Translations under genes and position numbers: made by a program | DNA from: Candidatus Latescibacterota bacterium | GTDB lineage: Bacteria > Latescibacterota > UBA2968 | Direction: 5' to 3' | DNA: 64,000 nt | Assembly (NCBI GenBank): GCA_965204745.1 | Contig: OZ242010.1 | Location: 3,424,001-3,488,000, forward strand | In this document: one piece after another, positions 57,976 to 64,000 of the stretch | How positions within the stretch are numbered: position 1 is the stretch's first letter | How the letters are laid out: the number at the start of each line of letters is the position of its first letter | Notes under the pieces: generated by a model | Told to the model about the DNA's origin: nothing | Seen by the model: only the letters and a program-made list of their open reading frames with translations | Databases searched by the model: none

Positions 57976-60924
57976 ATGCCCACGACCAACGAAGTCGCCT
58001 TCAATTTCCCGCTACTGGAAGTACTGCGATCCAAGCATCCGCACTGGCGCGAGCGCGCCGCCGTGGAGCAACATGGCCTCATCCGAGAAACCGATGAGCG
58101 CCCGGATATTCTCATTCGTCCGGCGGGTGGGGTTCCGGTCGTCATCGAAACCGAGTTTGAGCCTGCGCGCAACGTGGAAGATGAGGCCAAAGCGCGTTTG
58201 GGAAAACATCTGCAATACAACGGCGACCAAATCGAGCAGACCATCGCGGTGCGGATCCCGCAGGAACTGAGCCGCACGCCCCAAAGTGACTTGAAGCGAC
58301 AAATCGAGGCCGCCGAGTTCCGCTATTGCACCTTTTCGCTGCAAGAAGCGGATGCCATCGCGCGCTGGCCGGCTGCGGGCTGGCTGACCGGTACCATGGA
58401 CGACCTCGCCACTTGCATTGAAAACGTCGCCCTGTCCGAACGCTTGCTCGCCGAGGGCACGCGGATTTTGGAGCAGAGCATCGGCGAGGCCGCCGGCCGG
58501 TTGCGCGAAACCGCAGGCCCCCAGGGGCTTGGGAAAATGGCGCGTGCCCTCCACCAAGCAGATGGCGATCAAACCTCGCGCATGGCCTGCGCCATCGTCG
58601 CCAACGCGCTCGTTTTCCACACCGCCATCGCCGCGGCCCATGGCATCGAAACCATCGACGAACTCCGCAGTCCGGGGAATAACGCGGTCAGCAAAAGCCG
58701 CGTGCTCGCCTGTTGGCGGCATATTCTCGACCACATCAATTACTATCCCATTTTCCACATCGCCTCCGAGTTGTTGCGGCCCATTGACGACCACACGGCG
58801 CAAGCAGTGCTCGACCGTCTCGCGCAGGCGGCCAGCGAGTTGGCGGGCTTGGGCGCGACGACCTTGCACGACTTGTCCGGGCGCGTGTTCCAACGGCTGA
58901 TTGCGGATCGGAAGTTCCTCGCCACGTTCTACACCTTGCCGACTTCTGCGGCCCTGCTCGGCGAGTTGGCGGTGGCGCGGCTTGACGCACGGACGGATTG
59001 GGCCGATCCGAAGTCCCTCGTCGGCCTGCAAGTCGCGGACTTGGCCTGCGGGACGGGTGCCCTGCTCTCGGCGGCGTATCGCGCTTTATCGGCACGCCAC
59101 CGGCGAACTGGCGGAGATGATCGGGCCTTGCATCGGCGGATGATGGAACGCGCCCTCATCGCGGCGGACATCATGCCCGCGGCCACGCACCTGACCGCGT
59201 CGATGCTGTCGAGTGCCCATCCGGGGACGACCTTTGGTCATACCCGCGTCCACACCTTGCCCTACGGTCGACAAAGTCAGGAAAAACAGCGAGTAATGGC
59301 CTTGGGCGCGCTCGACCTGATCGCGTATGACGCCACGCCGTCGCTGTTTGGGACGGGCATCCAAGTGGCGCAGGGCACGGGCGCAGATGTGGAGACAGCG
59401 GGGAGTTCAGACATGATCCTACCTCGAGAATCAGCGGATCTGGTGATTATGAACCCGCCCTTTACGCGGCCCACCAACCACGAGAGCACCGAAGTCCCAG
59501 TGCCGTCATTTGCAGGGCTGAACACGACCAAAGACGAACAGCAGGCCATGACCAAGCGTCTGTCCGAGATCCGGCGGCGGTTGTCCCATCCGTGCGGCCA
59601 CGGCAACGCGGGCCTGGCCTCCAACTTTGTCGATCTCGGGCACGCCAAGCTCGGTCCGGGTGGGGTTCTCGCGCTGGTGCTCCCCGCGGCGTGTGTGAGC
59701 GGCAACTCTTGGGCGAATTTCCGGCGCTTGTTGGAAAGCGAATACGAGGAGTTGACCGTGCTGACCATTGCGGCACACGGCCAGACGGATCGGGCGTTTT
59801 CAGCGGATACGGGGATGGCCGAGGCCCTTGTGGTGGCGACTAAGCGACGCGATGGGAGGACTGGGGAAGGCGGGAAAACCCTGTTCGTCAATTTTTACCA
59901 CCGGCCGGGCAGTATCGCGGAAGCGGTTGAGATGGCGCGGGCCGTGCGGCAAATCCCGGGCAATGCGCGGCAGGGGCGGTTGTGCATCGGCGATAGCGAG
60001 ATGGTCGGCACGTACATTCGGGCATCGGTGCGTCAAGGCGGCTGTGCATCCCTGCACGAGACGACGCTGGCAGATGCCGCCCTCGGTTTGGCAAACGGGA
60101 CGCTCCGACTGCCGCGAGGATACACCGCGCCACTGGCGACGACTCGCCTCGGCGACCTCGGCGAGAAGGGCTTGCTCGGTCGCGACATTTCCGGAAAGAA
60201 CAGCAATGGCACGCCGCGAGGGCCGTTTGACATCATCCCCATTCAAGGCATACCGCAATATCCTGTGCTGTGGGGACATGCCGCCGACCGCGAACGCAAC
60301 CTCGTCGTCCCGGCCGATAGCGAAGGCGAGGTGCGCTCCAGTTGCGACGACCGTGCCGTCGCGGTCTGGAATCGCACGGCGTCGCGGTTGCATTTCACCC
60401 TTGATTTTCGGCTCAACTCGCAAAGTCTCGCCGCCTGCCTCACCCCGACCAAAGCCATCGGCGGCAGGGCGTGGCCGAATTTCCTGCCGGATAGCGACGA
60501 GTGGATTCTACCTCTCGTCTTGTGGGCGAATACCACCTTGGGCCTTCTCGCCTTTTGGTGGATAGGAAGCCGCCAGCAACAGGGTCGCGCACAGATCACG
60601 ATCACCCGGTTGCCCCGCCTAACCGTGCTCGATCCGCGCTCCTTAAGCCCGGCGCAACTCGGTCAAGCCGAGGCGATCTTTGGGCGATTCAAGGACGCGA
60701 CATTCCTCCCGGCCAACGAGGCGTATCGAGACCACACCCGCCAAGCCCTCGACCGCGCCATCTTGATCGACCTATTGCACCTGCCCGAAGCGACCATCGA
60801 ACCCCTCGTCCTCCTCCGCGACCAATGGTGCGCCGAACCGAGTGTGCATGGCGGCAAGAGCACGCGGATCGCCATCCAAATGGCGATGGCAGGGGGCAAC
60901 ATTAGAACAGGTAGCTTACATTAG
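57976..60924 (+). CDS. Type IIG/IIL-like restriction-modification fusion (nuclease, N6-adenine MTase, TRD)
   Basis: RPDILI...IETE nuclease-like motif, FYT, DLACGTG motif I, NPPF motif IV. Confidence 0.8.
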   Translation: MPTTNEVAFNFPLLEVLRSKHPHWRERAAVEQHGLIRETDERPDILIRPAGGVPVVIETEFEPARNVEDEAKARLGKHLQYNGDQIEQTIAVRIPQELSRTPQSDLKRQIEAAEFRYCTFSLQEADAIARWPAAGWLTGTMDDLATCIENVALSERLLAEGTRILEQSIGEAAGRLRETAGPQGLGKMARALHQADGDQTSRMACAIVANALVFHTAIAAAHGIETIDELRSPGNNAVSKSRVLACWRHILDHINYYPIFHIASELLRPIDDHTAQAVLDRLAQAASELAGLGATTLHDLSGRVFQRLIADRKFLATFYTLPTSAALLGELAVARLDARTDWADPKSLVGLQVADLACGTGALLSAAYRALSARHRRTGGDDRALHRRMMERALIAADIMPAATHLTASMLSSAHPGTTFGHTRVHTLPYGRQSQEKQRVMALGALDLIAYDATPSLFGTGIQVAQGTGADVETAGSSDMILPRESADLVIMNPPFTRPTNHESTEVPVPSFAGLNTTKDEQQAMTKRLSEIRRRLSHPCGHGNAGLASNFVDLGHAKLGPGGVLALVLPAACVSGNSWANFRRLLESEYEELTVLTIAAHGQTDRAFSADTGMAEALVVATKRRDGRTGEGGKTLFVNFYHRPGSIAEAVEMARAVRQIPGNARQGRLCIGDSEMVGTYIRASVRQGGCASLHETTLADAALGLANGTLRLPRGYTAPLATTRLGDLGEKGLLGRDISGKNSNGTPRGPFDIIPIQGIPQYPVLWGHAADRERNLVVPADSEGEVRSSCDDRAVAVWNRTASRLHFTLDFRLNSQSLAACLTPTKAIGGRAWPNFLPDSDEWILPLVLWANTTLGLLAFWWIGSRQQQGRAQITITRLPRLTVLDPRSLSPAQLGQAEAIFGRFKDATFLPANEAYRDHTRQALDRAILIDLLHLPEATIEPLVLLRDQWCAEPSVHGGKSTRIAIQMAMAGGNIRTGSLH

Positions 60925-60933
60925 AGATGGGAA

Positions 60934-61221
60934 ATGAATATTCGCTTTTACATTGATCCGGAAACGGGCTTCCCCCATATTTACAACCATCATGTTGATG
61001 AGGATGATATAGCGGATGTATTGCAAAACCCAGGTGAAGACCGATCAGGGCGTGAAGGCTCACGAGTCGCCATTGGTCAAACGCAAACGGGACGTTACCT
61101 GCGCGTAATTTACGTTCCAGACCCACAACCCAATAGTGTCTTTGTGATTACAGCTTATGAATTGCAAGGAAATCCCTTAAGTGCGTATCGACGGCGCCAA
61201 CGCAGGAGAGGAAGACGATGA
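60934..61221 (+). CDS. BrnT/DUF4258-like toxin
   Basis: 95 aa; GQTQTGRYLRVIY...VFVITAY; basic C-terminus. Confidence 0.7.
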   Translation: MNIRFYIDPETGFPHIYNHHVDEDDIADVLQNPGEDRSGREGSRVAIGQTQTGRYLRVIYVPDPQPNSVFVITAYELQGNPLSAYRRRQRRRGRR

Positions 61222-61409
61222 AACAAAGCAAATTTCCCTTGAACTGGGATGACAAACGGGTTCAGAAGGTCATTGCCCACTACGAGCAACAGACAGAGGA
61301 TGCGGCCATTGCTGAGGACGAGGGCGCGTTTGGAAATTCGTCCCAAACCGTTGTCGAAATCCCCCAAGAACTGATGCCTGTTGTCCGCGAACTCATTGCC
61401 AAGCATTGA
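61218..61409 (+). CDS. Putative cognate antitoxin (63 aa)
   Basis: ATGA coupling; acidic; toxin-first order typical of BrnTA-like pairs. Confidence 0.62.
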   Translation: MKQSKFPLNWDDKRVQKVIAHYEQQTEDAAIAEDEGAFGNSSQTVVEIPQELMPVVRELIAKH

Positions 61410-61585
61410 TCGATTTGGATGTAGCATGTTGCATTTCAGCTCCAGGCAGTGTGGTGATGGGGCAACTGCCTCCCGATAAATAGCCGAACAACACTGCGGG
61501 CACGGCTTGACGCGATACTTAAAATGCCGTAACTTTTTTTAAGATGGCTACCCAAAAAATTCCATAGTCTTTGCCGAAAGGACTA

Positions 61586-62013
61586 GGTTCTGTTGACATT
61601 TACGAGCAAAGCAACTGGCTTGAGCGGTTTATCGAGAAAATCAAGCCCTATCGCAGAATATGCTCTCGGTTTGAGAAACTGAAACAGTCGCTCCTTATCG
61701 GGACCTACCCCCCTAACCCCCCTTCCTGTGAGGAAGGGGGGAACTGTGAGCGGTTTTGCGAGGGTATTGATGAGAGATTTTTAATCGCTTTATGCCTTCG
61801 CACAACGCCATCAGAGCAACCCTTGATATAAGCCATCAAAGGAACTTTACTCCCCTTTCCTCGTAGGAAAGGGGCCGGGGGATAGGTCCCCTCGCGCAAC
61901 GCCATCAGAGCAACCAGAGCGAGAAGCCATCAAAGGAAACGCCTTAAATGAGCAAGAAGCAATACAGTTGCTACTCTGTGCGTAACGTCAAAAAATGAAA
62001 TGTCAACACAACC
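61586..62013. mobile_element. IS5-family-derived MITE, copy 2 (inverted relative to copy 1)
   Basis: TIRs GGTTCTGTTGACATTT / AAATGTCAACACAACC, TA flanks, remnant ERFIEKIKPYRRICSRFEKL. Confidence 0.82.
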
Positions 62014-62197
62014 TAGTTTCCACCCCGCCCTTCAGCCGCCCAAGTGCGATCCCCTCCAATCCCCCGCCCCGCCGTGTGCGTTCCTCACCTCGCCACCTCG
62101 CCACCTGTGCGTTCCCATCCCTAAGACGGATGGCGGCGGGGTGTACAAAGGACATAGCGGATGGGAACGATAAAGCGGTGGTAGGGATGTGAGGGGT

Positions 62198-62240
62198 AAT
62201 CCGCGTAATCTGAGTAATCCGTTTAATCCGCGATTCAGAC
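62198..62240. repeat. Degenerate 9-mer tandem repeat (AATCCGCGT-like x4)
   Basis: AATCCGCGT AATCTGAGT AATCCGTTT AATCCGCGA downstream of hisD. Confidence 0.7.
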
Positions 62241-62255
62241 GTTTTGCCCATCGCC

Positions 62256-63542
62256 TCAAAGCCTCTGCCTAATGGCGTTGGCGTGGGCGTCGAGGCCCTC
62301 GGCTTGGGCCAAGGCGATGATGTGGCCTGAGGTTTTTTGCAGGCGTTGTTCGGTGTATTGCAAGATGCTCATGGTTTTGGTGAAGGTGTCAACGCCCACA
62401 GAGGACGCGAAACGGGCCGTGCCGGCCGTGGGGAGGATGTGGTTGGTGCCCGCGTAGTAGTCGCCCACGGGTTCGGATGATGCCGCGCCTAAAAAGACGG
62501 CGCCGGCGTGGCGAATGGATTGCACGAGTGCCCAAGGGTCCGCGACGATGAGTTCGAGGTGTTCGGGTGCGATGCGATTGACGAGGGCTATGCCCTCGGC
62601 GAGGTCGTTGACGATGACGATTGCGCCATAGCGGTCGAGCGCGGTTTTGATGGCGGCGCGGTGCGCGAGGTCCGCGGCTTGTGCAGTGACTTCCTCGGCG
62701 ATTTGAGACGCGAGGGCCTCGCAAGGCGTGATGCAGACCGCGGCTTCAAAGCCGCTGCCGTGTTCGGCTTGTGAGAGCAGGTCCGCGGCGACGTACTTGG
62801 CATTTGCGGTTTCGTCGGCGAGGACGACGATTTCGCTGGGGCCGGCGACCATGTCGATGTCAACAGCGCCGAAGACGAGTTTTTTGGCGATTTGAAGATA
62901 GGGGTTGCCCGGGCCGACGAGTTTGTCAACTCGAGGGATGGTTTGGGTGCCGTAGGCGAGTGCCGCGACTGCTTGCGCGCCAAAGACTTTGTAGATTTCG
63001 CGGATCCCCAAGGCGTGGGCCGTTGCGAGTACAGTGGGGTGAACCGCGCCATTTGCCTGGGGTGGCGTTGCGATGCAGAGTTGCGGAACGCCGGCGATTT
63101 GCGCGGGGATGGCGGCCATGAGCAGGGTTGAGAACAGGGGGGCACTCGCGCCGGGAATGAGCAGGGCGACGCGGTCGAGCGGGAGGACGCGCTTGCCGAG
63201 CACGACCCCGTCTCCGTCTTCGATGAACCACGAGTTTTGGCGCTGTGCGTTGTGAAAGTTGCGGATGTTTGTAGCAGCGGCGGCGATGATTTCGAGGAGT
63301 TTGGGATCGGCGTTGTCGTACGCCGTTTTGATTTCGGTTGCGGACACGCGCATGTCCGCAGCCGCCATGTCGATGTCGTCAAATTTCTTGGTGTACGCGA
63401 GCAGGGCGCGGTCGCCGCGTTCTTTGACCGCGGTGACGATTTCCCGCACAGTCGCTTCTCGCTCGGGCGAAAAAGCAGGGGTACGCGCGAGAATGGCGTC
63501 GAGTTTCGCGCTGTCGCGTGTGTTTTGGATGATGTCGATCAT
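62256..63542 (-). CDS. hisD: Histidinol dehydrogenase
   Basis: GPGN, DMVAGPSE, SQAEH, APEHLE, GDYYAGTNHILPT. Confidence 0.95.
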   Translation of the reverse strand: MIDIIQNTRDSAKLDAILARTPAFSPEREATVREIVTAVKERGDRALLAYTKKFDDIDMAAADMRVSATEIKTAYDNADPKLLEIIAAAATNIRNFHNAQRQNSWFIEDGDGVVLGKRVLPLDRVALLIPGASAPLFSTLLMAAIPAQIAGVPQLCIATPPQANGAVHPTVLATAHALGIREIYKVFGAQAVAALAYGTQTIPRVDKLVGPGNPYLQIAKKLVFGAVDIDMVAGPSEIVVLADETANAKYVAADLLSQAEHGSGFEAAVCITPCEALASQIAEEVTAQAADLAHRAAIKTALDRYGAIVIVNDLAEGIALVNRIAPEHLELIVADPWALVQSIRHAGAVFLGAASSEPVGDYYAGTNHILPTAGTARFASSVGVDTFTKTMSILQYTEQRLQKTSGHIIALAQAEGLDAHANAIRQRL

Positions 63543-63549
63543 GTCATTC

Positions 63550-64000
63550 CTATTTGTTGGGGATCAATTTTTGCCACGCGGACAAATCCGCCTCTAAGTT
63601 GGGGTCGAGTTCAATGGCTTTTTTGAGGTGATGGCGCGCCTTGTCCGGATCGGGTAGAAACGCTGCCCTGATTTTCCCCAAAATCGCATGCGCGTTGGCT
63701 TGGTTGGCGTCTAATTGCAACGATTGTTCGAGGTGCGTTGCTGCCCGTTTGTAGTCCTCGTCGTCCAAGGCAATTACGGCCAAGTTGAAATAAGCCATAG
63801 GAAGCGGGTGGATTTGGGTTGACAGGGTGAAAACTTTCTCTGCCGCTTCCTTTTGCTCGCGGTCGTAGATCATGGTGGCGAGGTGGGCGTAGGCACTAGC
63901 CATACTGACAACGCCAACACTGGAAAAATAGGGGACTTGTCGCGTCCCCGAATCGAGGACGAACAAGGCCAAGTCGGTCAAGCCCAAGTCAAATAAACTC
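63550..64000 (-). CDS. TPR-containing protein, 3' part (5' end outside the window)
   Basis: Open frame to the window edge; AYFNLA and AHAILG TPR-like helices. Confidence 0.7.
   Translation of the reverse strand, partial: SLFDLGLTDLALFVLDSGTRQVPYFSSVGVVSMASAYAHLATMIYDREQKEAAEKVFTLSTQIHPLPMAYFNLAVIALDDEDYKRAATHLEQSLQLDANQANAHAILGKIRAAFLPDPDKARHHLKKAIELDPNLEADLSAWQKLIPNK

Noticed and set aside
61571-61831. Functional transposase
   Set aside because: Only about 25 codons resemble an IS5 C-terminus; the rest is hairpin repeat with no DDE core.

Overview
GC-rich bacterial chromosomal segment. T9SS-type C-terminal domain, PorV and GWxTD genes suggest an FCB-group organism, possibly Latescibacterota- or Gemmatimonadota-like (inference). 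The housekeeping backbone includes rplU, RNase E/G, moeA, tRNA-Asp, mfd, two parvulin PPIases (one SurA-like), hslR, ftsEX-envC, nrnA, argF, nucleotide-sugar enzymes, an Slt, rdgB, purT, yebC and hisD. Accessory content: an AbiE TA pair, membrane glycosyltransferase-like genes, an OMP-TonB receptor-T9SS cargo-PorV locus, a type IIG-like RM fusion plus a TA pair, and many intergenic repeats (IS5-derived MITEs, an IS110 relic, REP-like hairpins, heptamer arrays). The most striking feature is an AT-richer 1.8-kb island between surA and hslR, bounded by an 8-bp direct repeat. It holds two different small membrane-protein genes, each with an in-frame internal RBS+ATG before a shared RQEG-repeat tail, followed by three free-standing tandem copies of only that tail. 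This resembles a gene-in-gene (RpnL/RpnS-like) toxin-antitoxin arrangement with an orphan antitoxin array. All calls come from reading motifs by eye; no database searches were run.
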